Below are positions 12,011-26,603 of a DNA stretch of 64,000 nucleotides, in pieces. Location: assembly GCA_965112155.1 (NCBI GenBank), contig OZ218106.1. One strand, 5' to 3'. Origin of the DNA: Podarcis liolepis (lineage: Eukaryota). The notes under the pieces are model-generated. The model saw only the letters and a list, made by a program, of their open reading frames with translations, did no database searches and was not told where the DNA came from. The first letter of the stretch is position 1. Each line of letters opens with the position of its first letter. The position numbers were made by a program, and so were the translations under genes.

Positions 12011-13224
12011 ACAGTATGAACTCATAAGCACTTCAGTCTGTTGATTATGTGGTGTAATCTGCAAATCAACATTCTGATCCAACTATGAGTCTGAGGGGGA
12101 CAAAATGAGAAATGTGGAGTGAACTGGAATCCTCCCCAACTCTGTTCTTGACTCTTGTGTATCCTGGCTAGTTTGTGCAAACTGTGGCGGGTTAACTGGA
12201 TGGATGCAGGGTGCAAAGAACACTTTGTTGCTTGTTGGTGTGGTACAGTCACTACTGGGAATAAAACCCCACCCTGGACAGGGTTTTATGCCAACTACTG
12301 CCCAGTCATCAATATACATTTTTGGAGCAGGGTGATTGAGGAGCAGGTTCTGGTTCAGAGGCAGTTTCTCTTGGATGAAAGTGATTCTCTTGATTCATCC
12401 AAGTATCAGTTGAAGACCAAAAGAGAATCAGTCTTGGTCACCCTGGTGGATTACGTTCTTCAGGAGATGGACAGAGGGACATGATCTAATTTATTTTCCC
12501 CACAGTATCCTCTGGCAGTGGCATAACATGGGGGGCAGGGGGTCCGTGGCCCCAGACACGTTTTGTGAGGGGGTGCGACCAGGCATCCCACACTGGTTCC
12601 CTCATTAGAGCTTGGCTACAAAAAACTCCCTGCTTCTGACCTTCACTTTCCATAAGTTGAAAGGTGATGAAAACAGCAATGCAAGGTGGGGGAAAAAAAT
12701 CCTTGCTGACCCCCCCTCATGTATTGATGTTTCTCTTACTGTAATGCTGGAAAAGGACCTAAAAGATAAACAAACAAATTGGCTGAGACAGCTGAATCAC
12801 TTACTCCTGTGTAGTCTTACTAACTTTGGTTTGGGTCTGGCATAAATGCTTTGAAGATATGATCTGTGTGCTGTGAATGGGAGACTGCCAATGAAATCTT
12901 CCTTTGCTGTGGGGAAAATATAATACATCAAATGACCTTCTTGTGTAATCTAGGTTTGTATCTTGCTGAAATGATTCATATTTTTGGGTAATAATCCTTC
13001 TTTGTTTGCATCACTCTTGTGATGATCAAACTTCCCAGGAATGAAGAACCATGACACTTAAGAGTTTATTAAGTTTTCACATTTGTCATGGAGCAAATAT
13101 TCTGGTGCGAAGCCAAGTCTGCAATTTCCATGGAAGCATATTAAGAAGAGTTCAAATCCCTGGTGTAAACACACTTTGTATGAACTGCTTTGGATGTCTT
13201 CAAGGAATATATCAGAGATGCTGG

Positions 13225-13226
<2 letters not shown>

Positions 13227-13272
<46 letters not shown>
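13227..13272. repeat. (GT)n microsatellite
   Basis: Perfect GT run. Confidence 0.95.
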
Positions 13273-13274
<2 letters not shown>

Positions 13275-15916
13275 ATTACTATTATCCATAGCTTAATAGG
13301 ACTAATGCCACTTCTGGGCATAAGAATCTCATACATAAGAGATTATCTCCTTTCCCACTTACTGTGCTACCATCTAGGTAGCAAGTTTGGGCTGCCATCA
13401 TGTACACAGCACCAGCCTAGACACAACACTAAATAAATATATGATTTACAATGTCATCTGCTTTTATTTTTATTTTTAAAAATTAATAGCAGGCATATAG
13501 TGTGGATTTTTATCAAGACTGCAGCATGTGGGCATGGGATGTTTTAACCCATTCCTAACACACACACACCCATGCTTGCAACCAGCAGAATGCCTCTGCT
13601 GTTACTGGAAGCACTGTTCTTTCCATTCACATGTACTCTTAGGCTTCATTGCTGCCGCCTTCATTTTTGCCCACACCAGTCCAGGCTCATTTAAAAATGT
13701 CTGCTCATGTAGTTCAGTGTCACCAGTGTAGAAGCAACTGCAGAGGTTGTAGCAGCCATTCATTTATTCAAAACACTTATATGCTGCTCTTAATCTGAAT
13801 AAGTCAGGACAAGAAACAAAACCTTCAATAAAATTACCATGTCAGACCAAGAAAATCACAGAAAGGCATTAAAAATATACAGAAATACAGCATATCAGAT
13901 ATATCTTAGCTAAGCATCAACAACAATTTCCAAAAGCTTGAGGTGTCTAAATGCCCATTGTAAAAAGGTACCATGCTGCCAAAGAAATAAGATACTTATA
14001 TATTAGATGGCTCTTGAAGCAAAGCTGTCAACCTAATTAGATATCAGTGGCTACAATGGTGTTCCAACTGGTAGTCAGGATTGCTCTGTTAAGTAAATTG
14101 CTGGTTAGATACTCTACAATGGTTGGCTAATGTTTACTCAATGGGAGCTAAATGTCAGGTGTTAATCATGCGAAGGGGTCTCCAGGTGAACACAAGCGAT
14201 GGAGCCATGCTGTTGGCCTTGCCCCTGAGGTCATACATCTCTGTGGTTTCACCTCACAGAGCAGAGACATCTGCAAGAGGGAAGCACGGAGAAGCTTCCA
14301 AAGGACTTCAGATTCATAAAGGTCTACACATATAGGCTTCCCTCTTGCAACATGTTGACTTTGAAGGGTGGGTGGGATCAAAAGCCATGAAATTGCATGA
14401 AGGGGCCTTCAGTGATGCACTGAGAGGTAGTGAGAGGTCTGAAGCACTAAAGGGGATGCAGAACATCTTTGAGTATCTGAGGTTGGATGGCTGGTCTGCT
14501 GCATGGTAGAGAAACACATTATTTGCCAACATTTATGTTATATTTGTATATGGAAATAAAGCAGCAATTAAAACAAGGGACAGTGAGGAAGGGGAGGGAG
14601 TATGTTTTGATTTTCTTAAGACTCAGTTGTTAAATTGGGCTCCACTCTTCAGCTTCCATGTCTTTGGCCACATCCACGCAATATATTTAAAGCACTATTA
14701 TACCACTTTAAACAGTCCTAGCATCCCTCAAGGAATCCTGAGAAATATGGCTGATTAAGGGAGCTGAGAGTTGTTAGGAAACCCCTATTCCACTCACAGA
14801 ACTGCAATGTTTACCCCATCAGGAAATGCCAGTAAAAGATAGTGGGAAGGGCCTGCCAAATGTGCCCCCACTTGACCAAAAGTTCATTGCTTTTTCCACT
14901 TATTTCAATACGAGGTCACATAGTCTGAGTTAATGAAAATAACATTCTACACAAAACTCCTGCTATCTTCTTTGGAGGCTGTAGATAACCAACATAACAT
15001 ATTGCTAGTTGGCAAGGTTTTTTCTGTTTTTTCTGTTTTTGTTTTTTTAAAAGGCTCTTTCTTTGTATATTTGTGCCGAAACTGCAAATACCTGGCAGGA
15101 GTAAAAAGGCAACTGGTATTTTAACAAAGTTTATTTGAGCTGAACCTTTAATGGGTGCTGTCAATGCCAAGAGTCTGTCATAGGAGGAAGACTTGAATCA
15201 TTTTGGTCTAAACACTAGCATATCAAACACATTTTATCACTGTTTGACAAAGACTAACCTCCATGTCTGGTGAAAAGGAAGATGAAACTCATCTGTCTGC
15301 TCTTCCTGGCCCCCAATTTGCTTTTATTCAACCTTATTAAACTTCTATCTTACTTTGTCTTCTTGAAGGCATTTTGGCTGCCTTTGACAATTTGATATAT
15401 TTCCCCCCCAATATTGCATTTCTTCAGGAAATTCATAGTAACATTCATGATGCTGAAGATTCTAATAATTCCCATAAATCATTTTTAATTGCCATCAGGA
15501 TTAACCAGGAAATTTGTGTACTGAGCCTGTGTAACAGTGTACTTCCTCTTAATCCCTGCATTTATTTTCTTAAAAGTAATCCCTAGCTTTCCTACCACAC
15601 AGATACATTGTCAAATACATCGTTGTAACTTTCCTGTTGTTATTAGAGAACCTGTAAGGCAGTTCACACAATGTACGCTTTCATTACAGAAGCAGCCCTG
15701 GCTTTCCTCAACCATGTGTTTGCATTGAATAAACATAATGTGTGAACCAAGCTATTTTGGATATGAGTGTATCAACAGCTTTTAACTTCCAGCTGCAGCA
15801 GCTTGCAGTAGCTACAACATGTATAGGGATGGTTCCAGGTTTTGGGGTGTCTTCAGCAAGGTGCTCTGAGCGGTCCTGCTCTCTGTGAAACCTCCTCTTC
15901 TCCAAGGCATTGCTTC

Positions 15917-16372
15917 TAGGGATGGGGAAGACATGTGATTCGGTTGACATTTAAAGGCAATTCTGCCTAATTTGTACTTTCCAAAACAATATGGGAAACA
16001 AAACATATCCACCCTTTGAAATTCACAAATTTTGGAAATCACTTATCCAGCCAAGTAATGTGTACATAAATGCATAAACTGGAGTAACGTGTGCATAAAA
16101 ATGCATCAGTTAATGAAAGTAACATATAAAAATTCATTTTTAGGGGAAACTTCAAATATACACATATTTTGCAATATTTGTATATGAGAAAAATCACATT
16201 CAAAACTGTATAATGGCACATAAACTAGGAGGAATAATCACTAAAATTCTGATGGATTTGAATAAAGTCTTTAAAAAATGCAAACTGATATGGGAATGTG
16301 CCAAACTGATGTTAAGATCTTAAAAAATGAGAAACTGAGAGAGACCAAAATCTACAGATTGGTCCACCCCTA
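15917..16372 (+). mobile_element. Near full-length copy of the AT-rich ~450-bp repeat (putative non-autonomous DNA transposon)
   Basis: Ends TAGGGATGG ... CCACCCCTA form an imperfect TIR; three other copies occur in the window. Confidence 0.65.
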
Positions 16373-19300
16373 ATCACGACACGCTCAATTTCCTTTTCAC
16401 TCTGAGCCCATTCCATACAACCAGCCAGGAGACTGATGCTGCCATAGTACAGAACAGACATATGAATAAACACAGGTGAAATGGATAAATGTGTTTACTG
16501 TGATGGGGAGTGGTGAAGCAGAAGGGAAGTTAGCATGGTGCAGGCACATTGGTGGGAACACCAGCTTGGCTCTTCCAGTGCACCCATATCATGCCATCCT
16601 TCCTGCCAGCTCACCTCCTAGCCCCCAGAAAGTGGCAGTGACCCTACTTCCAGGAAACTTACAATATAGTTCTGTCCCACTGAATGAGTCACTTCTACCG
16701 TAAGGATGTCTTTTCTAATCCCTCCCCAAACTGGAGCCAAAACCTGGATCAGGTCAATATCCTGTATTGGTAAGGAGATCCAGAGTCATGTGTTCCCAGT
16801 CCCTGTGCAAATGCAGCACAGATGGGCCTTGTGTGTCCCAGCTTGGTTCTTAGGTTACCTGGTAGAGTGGAAATCACTGCAGCTCTGGTCCTTCCTGAAG
16901 GGCCAGATAATGTGAGAACCCCCAGAACATGTAGGAGTAGCCAAGAGCATGGATTATCTCAGGGTGATTTCCCTAGAGACAGGCTACCTTTGCTGTGAGG
17001 AAAAGCTGTAGTGTGGAGTCCACCTCCACACCCAAGACCTCACATGTTGCTGGAGGAGTAATGTTGAAGCAGTTCAGTTGCTGTAACCGTCAGTGAAATG
17101 CGGATGTGAGGCTCTGTAGAAGTATTTGCTTCGAGGCAGCTCAGTTGCTTCATTGCTAAGATTTAGAAAGGATTTTGAAAGATGGTCCTTCTCAGAACAC
17201 GAAACTGATAAGAGCGTCTTGGGCAAATTTTCTGGAACTGCATGTGACTCATAAATGATTGCAAAACATTTTGCTGCTGCAATGCATGAACATTTTTGTG
17301 TGTGTCCCATGTGAGTTACTGCTGCAATGGTAGTGGATTTAATTGCTTCTTGAGGTTCTATAATGTAACATCTACATTTCTGTTTAGAGACAGTAGTCAT
17401 TGTGCAAGGAAAGAGAAGAACATGGAAGGTGGGGGTGTATGTGCAGAGAAGGACCAGTATGGGGCATGACCTGGGAAGGGAGAATGGCCTGGGAGCCAGA
17501 AAAAGAGGAAAGAGGGATCACATTCAACCCCTGGCTTGAAACTCCCCACCTCTGATCTAAAGAAGGTTACTGTCTCAAAACGTGTGTACACCAATGAATC
17601 CTGGTGGTGTAGTTTATCCACCATGGAGCTAGAATTCCCAGCACCCTGAACAAACTGCAGTTCCTAGGAAGTGTATGTTCTCTCAGCCTTAACATATCAC
17701 TTAATTATTATTGCTTACCTACCCTTTATCTTAAAGTCCAGCAAGAGTTACAACAATTAAAACAGTTTAAATCAGCATGCACTCACAGAAATAAGATGGG
17801 TTCTAAAAATACATATCTCAAGAGTAAAGAGGTGCACAGGCTGTTATGTGAGGATAAATAAGATAGTAGCAAAAACAACTTTGTGCACAGTAGTTTTGTC
17901 ACTCTCTTTTAAAATGTTAAACCTGTGGTTCTGTTTGCATTTGTCATCTTTAACTACTGGAAAATTTATCCTGTTCCCAGATAATAGGGAGTAGCTGCCC
18001 TTTAAATCATTTTAAATAGACCTATGACTGAGGAACATGAAGAACAGAAGCTCTTGAGAGTGACAGGAAAGACTGCTTTTGCAGTGGGCATGTGTGTTGC
18101 ATAAGCTTCATGGTTTCAAGGTAATCTTTCTCATCTTTGCTTATTTTGCCTTCCTGTAAATTCTTCATAGCAAACACCTGCATTTTGCCAAGGGTTTCGT
18201 GCTCAGGGTGACGGAACTTGGCACTGAAAAGGCACCAAAATAACTTCAATTCTGCGCCAAGGAAAGCCAGTTTCTCTGTCCTGAAATGTGGCTGGATCAC
18301 CAGTTACAAGGACAGTTTCCTGACATCACTGGTCTTCAGCATGCCATCATGGTCCTTAAAAGCTTCTCAGGAAATCGAGAAGGCCTTTCAGAACAATGGA
18401 GGATGCCATTGGCTGGCTGGGTAATCACTAAAAAAAATGGGCTTAAGATAACAACATCATGGAAAGAAAGTTTCTCAGCCCTTATGTCACCCAGCAGCAT
18501 CCCAAACCAATCCACATTGTTCAAGGGCATCCCCCCACCAACCCTCTGGAGATGCTTCAGAGAATAGCAAACTTTTCTTCTGTGAAAGAACTTATCTTAG
18601 GATCCAAGCTGCTGTAGATAAAGGAAGCTCATGTTTATATAGTTATTGAATCGCCATCATTTAATCTGCTTCTGGTCATCATGGAATCACACAAGAAGAC
18701 TTTGCACAAGAAGATAGCAAGGTCACTGCCTCCAAATGTAGGGAGGTCAATGAAAGACTTGTCAGCCCAAATCCAGAAGTATTTGCAACATTTTGAAATG
18801 GCTTTATATTTACTAAGTACTTTTGCATGTTCATTTTAAAAAATAAAAATAAAATTTAAATCTGCAAGTTTTTAAAAAAATGCTTTCTTCCAAGCTATAC
18901 AAGTTAACATCAAGTTCTGTTTATACCAAGCATAAAATCCATGTATTTATCTCCAGCAAAATGTAGCTGATTTATGAGATACAGCAAATGACGTCTTCTG
19001 AATTTCTAAGTTTGCATCATTTGACCCTGAAATTGTAAGCATTTTGTGGGTTTAGATGGGACAGGATTATTTCATGTGAAATCATTATCTGGCTCAGCCG
19101 CATGTCAGATGGTGAATAAATGCATATTTTGGGTGGGATGGGGAGAGAGAGACTCTTCCAGACAGGAAGCTCTTAGTATATCTTTTGTTCCAGATAAGAG
19201 TTTCAACTATTTCTCAACATTGAAAATAACACTTGGCTATGACCTGTGGCCCTAATCCACTATACATACTCACAGCAGCCAAGACTCTGTATTGGGGCAT

Positions 19301-21409
19301 CTATGTGTTTTGGATGATGTGAGTGGATGTCTTTTGCCCATTAAAAATCAAAAACCATTTTAGTGTTTATATGTAATATGATGAGGGCTCCATGGCTACA
19401 AGAGATCTGTGACCAGATCTCCCATGATCTAAGAGTTTGATAACAACATTATCTGTTTAATAGCAGATCAGATTGGGGCAATGATGCTGAAGGAAAGGGA
19501 TTTCACCCTATCTCCATGCTGGTTTTCCAATGAAAATTTCACCACAACATAACAGAGTGCTGCTTAAACAGCCACCATAGTCCCAACAATTTCTGTTTTC
19601 AAAGGTTATTTCCATCACTTCTAGTTTGGCACAAGACTGACCACTCCAATCAATGACAAAATGCTGTCTGAAAAAACCCCTAATAGCAACCTCCATTAAG
19701 GGGCAACTGCCTGTGATCCTGGTTAACAAATGCATCTTCCTCTGCCCATACGAACTCTACATGTAGTCTGTACAGTGGCATTGGCCCCTGCTAGCCACAG
19801 TGAGGAACCAGCATGCAGAACAGTCACATCCTGTGTGTCCTTCACTTGCGCAATTTCGACATTACATGGTTGAAAGCTGGCCAGTTGAAATCCCACAAAT
19901 TAATTACATGCAAGATGGGGAGCTTAAAAGTTTCTTTTGCCCTAGGTTTTTCCAGCACAGAAATTGCTTTTAAGCTGCCAGACTTGCATCCTGGGCTCTG
20001 GGATGCCCTTCCACAGGCTCTGGGATGCTCTCACAGGAACTTGGACATCCCAGTGAGATCTCACAAGAGCATCCCAGAGCCTGGTAAGCAAGTCTGAAAG
20101 CTCAAGTGCTCTTTCTGTATTTGCATTTTCGTATATTTGTGCCATCCCCAGGATGTAACTCCTGTGCAAGACATGATCGTACTGTGCATATCTTGATTTC
20201 TTGGGGTTGGAAGTTTTACATGAGAAGAGCATCCATAGTTTCCAAAATGAGGGCCACTTAGATATACCCAGATATATGTAACTGACATTTTAACAAAATA
20301 AATGTTTCCAGTTAGTTGGACTCATGCACAAAACACACTGCACAATTCAAAAATATTCCATGTGACAGATGTGAAGTATTTAGGAATCAGATATACCCCT
20401 GTGCATTTTAAGTTGTCCACATAACTGCTTGGTTTTGGTATTTGAGGCCCACTAAATGGGTGAAAAAAATACCTCTAAGATTTCCATCTGCTTGTATTTG
20501 AGAACTGACTGGAGAAGAGGAAGAGAGCAGGTAACTACTTTTCCCCCAATATAGCATAGCTAAGATACAAGCATCTGGCTTTAACAAGAATCTGCTCATT
20601 TACTAAATGTCCCAGATGGCTACACTGAAGCATAGCATGGTGAAATTTGGATTTTCTCAGAGCAACCAAGCTAATAATTGGCTCAGCTGAAAAGTTTCTT
20701 GGTTACTTTCAGGGTTGCAAAAACTGATGATTTTATCAGTTTCATTCATGAAACCTTTCTCATAATTAATTTATTCCCCTGCCCCTGAAACATAAAAATA
20801 AAAACCATGAACAGCTTGCTCCCCATGCAAACCTTGTATAAGTTTACATTCAGAGGCAGACTTTGGTCCAGCACAGATCATCCTGAAGGGAACACGGCCT
20901 GAGTTAAGTTACAACTAAAGATTGGCCCAAGAATTAATTGCATGGCCAAAATCCTGCTTTGTATGGAGCTAATGTATGTGGGTGGGATAATATGTTCCAC
21001 ACAAAAGCCTTCACACGTCTTAGAGCTCTCTGCACCTCTACACTCCCCCTCTCAGTAAGCAGCAGTGACCCATAGTAAACTGGGGAGCAACAGAGCCTTA
21101 CCCATGCCACCTCGTGAATTGCTACTGCATCGTGAAAGGAGAGGGTGGGTTTGGTGAGCTGAAATGGATGGTGGCTATTGGGCAAGCTATAAGGGACGAG
21201 AGAGATGGGGTGAGCTGTAAAAGGTGGGTTGGCAGCTTTGGTGAGCAATGCCAGCAGGGGCACATCTCCTAGTTAATAAGAATATTGTACCATTGAAGCA
21301 AGTCCGAACTGTGTTCAGTAGAACTTCCAGATATGCTACAGGTTATTCCTAATTGTGCATAGGATTACAGCCATATGATGTTAGATATTTCTTTTGAAAA
21401 AGCCAATAC

Positions 21410-21412
<3 letters not shown>

Positions 21413-21471
<59 letters not shown>

Positions 21472-21496
21472 TGTGTGTGTACATACATACATACAT
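21413..21496. repeat. Compound (CT)n(GT)n(ACAT)n microsatellite
   Basis: Direct inspection. Confidence 0.95.
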
Positions 21497-22046
21497 GCTT
21501 TGTTTTAGGAAATAGAAGTGGAACTTCATTACAATAATTACTCCTGATTCATGAGGTTATTGAAATAACTGCAGTGGTTGCAACATCTCAAGTTCCACTG
21601 AGACTAAAATATTGTCAAAAGGCCTAGTCAAACAAATAAAACCCCCCCACACAGACACCAGTTGTACGATTTCAAACCATTTTAAGGCAATGCACAGAGT
21701 TGAAGGAACACATGAGCTTAAGCAATCCCTTTCTCAAGTGTTCTGGGATAATTACCTTTAAGAGGAGATAATTTCAGTTCATAGGGTTTGCTGTTTTAAG
21801 CCTTTCAGGGAAATGTGAATTTTCCATTGACAGCAGTTTGAATGTGTGACACTGGAGCCAGGGTGAATTAGATGGAAGAACTACACAGTCTAAACAAACA
21901 GAGGCTCCCATTATCAGAACAGAAGCCTGACCACCAAATAGCACAAACCATGGTTGTAGATCTGCACAATGCAAGAACCAGATTTTTAAAAAGAGTGTTT
22001 TGTCTCACAAGATTAAACACATAAGGCACATTCTACCTTGCTATAA

Positions 22047-22050
<4 letters not shown>

Positions 22051-22081
<31 letters not shown>

Positions 22082-22122
22082 GGATATAATTCCAGAATTC
22101 CAAGAATCTTTCATAGCAGATA

Positions 22123-22170
<48 letters not shown>
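22051..22170. repeat. (TA)n and (ATT)n microsatellites
   Basis: TA run at 22051-22078 and ATT run at ~22128-22170. Confidence 0.95.
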
Positions 22171-23954
22171 TCATCATCATCGTGAGACAGCCTCCTACTC
22201 GGTTAATATAGCCTACTTGGGTTTGTGCCACAGCTGGATTAAATTACATCTACTTTTACTCACAGCACTGGGAAATGGTTCTGTACCTTTCTCTTGCTTG
22301 CCATTTATTTATATCTAGAATACTCATCAATGATATTTTGAACCCACTACAACCTGGACTTAGTCAAGTTAACTCTTATTCATAGCTAGCAGCAGTCTTT
22401 AGCTTACTCAACACTGAAATTTTCATCTCAACCAGAAGAGATTGGCCAAGAATGTGAGTATTCCTTTCTCAATGATTTATTTGACTTATTTATTATCTTA
22501 CATACAGTATATACCCCACCCTTCTTCTGCCATGGAACCCAGTGTGGTGCAGAAGTAGCTTCCATGCATTGAGTAAACTCAGAACTGCTTAGCCTCACCA
22601 GGGGGGTGGCCTCATGTTCCTTCACACCACATATATCCTTGCAGATGTCATGAAGTGACTTTTTTCCTTACCATTTTCATCTGATTCAGGAATGACTTTT
22701 ATGTCATTTGAATGTTCCTCAAGATTAGGAGTATACTTCTAATGTTACATATATTATCAAGATAATGAGAGATAGCTTATTAACCATACACTTAACATTC
22801 ATACCCTGACATTCCCCTCCACCCCCGCCATTGCTTCAGTAAACCCTTAGCATACACTTTTAGAAACCGGGATTCATTAAACACTTTGGAGGGACATTTC
22901 CATGTTGTTATCTCACTAAGAGGAACAGCTGGTGTTGCCAGGTTGATATCATGAGTGTAGAGTTAGTATCTTCTCCATAATGTAGTCAAATCTATTGAAG
23001 CCAAAATAATAGTCATTTTTAACACAGTTGCACAGAAGACCAAATAGTCTTTGTTCTAAAACCCAAGCACAACCCTTCCTAAGGAGATGAATGATTCTCA
23101 TGTATGCTGTTGAAGTCATATTAAAATGCATGGAACTACACCAGTGTAATAGCTAGGCTCAATGTACTGATCATTACAAGAATTTCAGGATATAAATGTA
23201 CTATTTATATCTATTTATAAACTATTCAATTATCCATCCTAGGAAGCATTAATATTAGTCTGTGAGACAAGAAGGACTTAAAATCCATTTTCTGCTCTGA
23301 TGGTCATATTTTACTTTCTATGTCTGAGGCATAATTACAATCCCTCTTTCATCTTCATGGAATTATACAAGAAGTACTGGAGAAGCAAATGTTAGGTTTG
23401 GAATATTTAAAACAAATGTGGACAAATGACTTCAAAAGTCACCTTCTCCTTCTCATGTGGTTTTGCTTTCGGTCTGTTTCACATGAAAATTAGTAGGCGT
23501 ATACAGCAAATTTCTTTCTTTCTTTTTGACAAGTTTCCTTCCTTCTAGTGTACCTTTATTACCATGTATGTTGTATTTAAATTGCCCTACACAGAAGACT
23601 CCAGTTAACTGTATGTCAGGAATAGTTTATTATTTCATTGTATCACAAGCTTTTTTTGTTTTTTGTTTTAGTCATTGGTGGATTCTGTTAATGAAAGGTT
23701 TGGTACATTAGACAGTGATCACAGTGCACCAGTTTCAGTATGTAAATATGGAACAGGATGACTATGTTGATGGGGCCTCTGTATGCTGGACTCTAAGTGC
23801 ATAGATTCCACTGAAACATAAAGTCAACGGGCTGAAATAAAGTGGGCTCAGGATCAGGCTGGAAGTCGTAAATCCTGAATAATAAAGATGCTAGCAATTG
23901 GCACCAACACAAATAATGTATTCCCCTGAAGCAAAAGAGAAACAGTGGATTCCT

Positions 23955-24096
23955 AGAATCAGAATCATTGAGTTGGAAGGGACACTGACGATACTCTAGT
24001 CTGCCCCCTGCAATGCAGGAATATGCAGCTGTTTCATATGGGGATCAAACCTGCAACCTTGGCATTATAAGCACCATGCTCTAACCAACTGAGCTA
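23955..24096 (-). mobile_element. tRNA-derived SINE with CR1-type 3' tail
   Basis: The minus strand begins TAGCTCAGTTGGTTAGAGCATGGTGC...GCAGGTTTGATCCCC (tRNA-like A/B boxes) and ends TCCCTTCCAACTCAATGATTCTGATTCT (CR1 3'-end-like). Confidence 0.8.
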
Positions 24097-24471
24097 TTTA
24101 ATTCCCACTCAGAGTAAGCACATTGAAATTAATAAACCTAGTATAGCCTTGTCTGTTCTGAGAAGGACAAGAATTGAATACCATCCAGTGATTTTCCAAG
24201 GGCTGACAGTCAGGGAAGGGAAAGGACTATCATCCCTGATAAATAATGGGGTCATATGCAAAATACATGGTAATTACTACCTTATGAAATGGCAACATGA
24301 ATGGACAGGCATGCTCTAAATTTTAACATCACAGCTATGCAAACTAACTGTTATATATAAACACTCTGAACCAGTTACAACCCAATGAGCATTGCCAATT
24401 AAAAATGTTCAGAAAACCAGGTTTATATTAGCAGAATGGTTTGCTCCTGATCTGCAATCAGCTGAAAACTT

Positions 24472-24488
24472 CAGTGCCCTCTATTGGC
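24472..24488 (-). promoter_or_regulatory. Candidate CTCF core motif
   Basis: Minus-strand GCCAATAGAGGGCACTG is close to the CTCF consensus GCCASYAGRKGGCRSTG. Motif match only. Confidence 0.35.
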
Positions 24489-24809
24489 TAATGTGATTTT
24501 TCTTCCCTGCCATGTGAAGGAACGTTGTTTGAAAAGCTTAAGCATGTTTAAATAAACCAAGCAAGACCCTTCTCGGTGTGTGATATGTTCTGAAAAATAA
24601 CGGTGGCATGGCAAATTAAAGGCTGTGTGTAGACTGAAATACCTTAATTGGTTGTAAACAACATGTTAACAAATAATGGACAATAACAGGTCATTTTCTA
24701 AAAGAATCCATTAAATCATCTGACTGTCATTAAAAATAAACAAAATAAAAATATAAGTGTGGGGCACCATACTCAGCACTAAGAAAAGATTTGGCTGATT
24801 CTCTTTGAA

Positions 24810-24891
24810 TATAATAAAAATGGAGGATTTAAAAGTATATTCAGCTTCCATATAATGAAAACGGAGGATTTAAAAGTACATTAAGCTTCCA
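24810..24891. repeat. 41-bp tandem duplication
   Basis: TATAATAAAAATGGAGGATTTAAAAGTATATTCAGCTTCCA is followed directly by TATAATGAAAACGGAGGATTTAAAAGTACATTAAGCTTCCA. Confidence 0.9.
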
Positions 24892-26603
24892 TTTCAGTGA
24901 CCTTCAAATACATGGGACCTTAAAAGGCCCCAGGCTTAAAGAGGTAAATAATTTCACATGCATTGGCACTTATTGGTATTTCTTGGAAAATAGTAATAAG
25001 AAAGAGCCAGGAGAATAAGTGGACAGAATGCTTGCTTGTTTCCAACACATCTCTAGTATATGTGGATGACTGTAGCTCCACAGGAAGCCCCAGCTAAATC
25101 TCAGCAGCTGGATTCTGTCATTCCTGATGGAGGGCAGTCTTGTTAGTGTAGTGTGACCTCTGGAGCACTAACACAGATAATACTGGCACCTCTCTCTCCT
25201 CTAATCTACTACCAGTCTGAGCAATTCAGCTGGGGATGGGGGCATTAAGGCCATATTATTCTAAACAAAATTCAGCAATGGTAGCAAAGTATTATGACAG
25301 TGCATGATGGATTTCACTAGTCAACTAGGCAGGTCTTCCTTCCCCAAGATTTCTCCCCCCCCCCCTTTTAAAGTAGGCTGAAAATAAAAGATTTTATTGA
25401 AACCACAGCCTTGAAACAATTTATTCACATTAGCCATAAAGAAGAATAAGCGGTTTAAGGAGTGCATCATTAGGAACCAGCTGTTATATCTGGGAAGCTG
25501 AATTTAAATCATGCTGGCTCCACTGAACATAGTGTTTTACTTTATACTAGAGCGTGGCCACACTTTGATAGACGTTCAACCCTAAATATTGGTGGGATTC
25601 CCAACAAAGAAGGAGTTCAAATTGCCTCCTCTCTTTTACATCTTGATGGTATGAGGTGAATTTCGAGGCATCGAGGCATGCCTGTGTTCCCAGGCATCAC
25701 ATATTGTCATTCTAGGGGCATTTGGTGTGTGTGTGTGTGGAGACTAGCAGCCCACATTAGCCATGCTCCGTGAGAAATGGGGATTGCATTTCAGTTCAGC
25801 CTCATTTTCAATAGAACAGAAACCATTTTGCATGACTGCAATACACATCCCATTGAAGTATTTACATACTGCATTCAAATGAATCATACCTATGTGAAAG
25901 TATAGTCTTTAATTTGCCTCTGTGAGCAAGAGGGCACACCCAAATATGACCAGGGGCTGAAATCAGTTTGGAAGGGTTTTGGTGTGTGTGTTTTTTAAAC
26001 CAGAAAACAGGGGATACGTTTTAGTTTATGAAAGACGTAAGCATAATCCACAAAGAATGCCAAAGGAAAATCAAAAGCACATTATACATAAATTAATCTT
26101 AGGCAAGGCAAAATATAAGGAGTTGTTTATGCAGTGTTGGAGGGGAATTAAGATACGATAATTGCAACATGTTGCTTAGTTCTACAGTGAGTGACCTAAA
26201 TACTGCCAGCCCTCTAGTTAAAAACCTGCTACATTCCGAGCTGTCCTGCCTATATAGCATTTTCATGTACTGTATTCTAGCCCAGGGCTTCACCTACTAC
26301 AGTATTGGTGTGCAGACACATGTGACTATCCTATATCATATTGAGTAGGAATGGGTCTTTTGGCCATGGAGAGAGTGTTTTCTACACCTTGTAAGGTGAT
26401 GTCTCAATAACAGTTTTTATGCTGTGAACCACGTTGAAACCTTCAAATGAAGGGTAGTATACAAATTTAATAAATAATTAAAAATAATGACCATCAGCTG
26501 TCAAAGGGTTCTGTTTTTTTTTTAAAAAAAATGATAACAGTGTTCACATATTCAAGAAATTAAACCTTGTCACTGGTGTATAATAATTTTTCTGCACTGA
26601 TAT

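Noticed and set aside
13058-13436. ORFs with HTHT/VCVC/RERE runs (also 34501-34857, 46926-47228, 48793-49100)
   Set aside because: These are translations of microsatellites.
24025-24096. tRNA gene on the minus strand
   Set aside because: The cloverleaf is degenerate and is joined to a CR1-like tail, so it is a SINE head rather than a tRNA.
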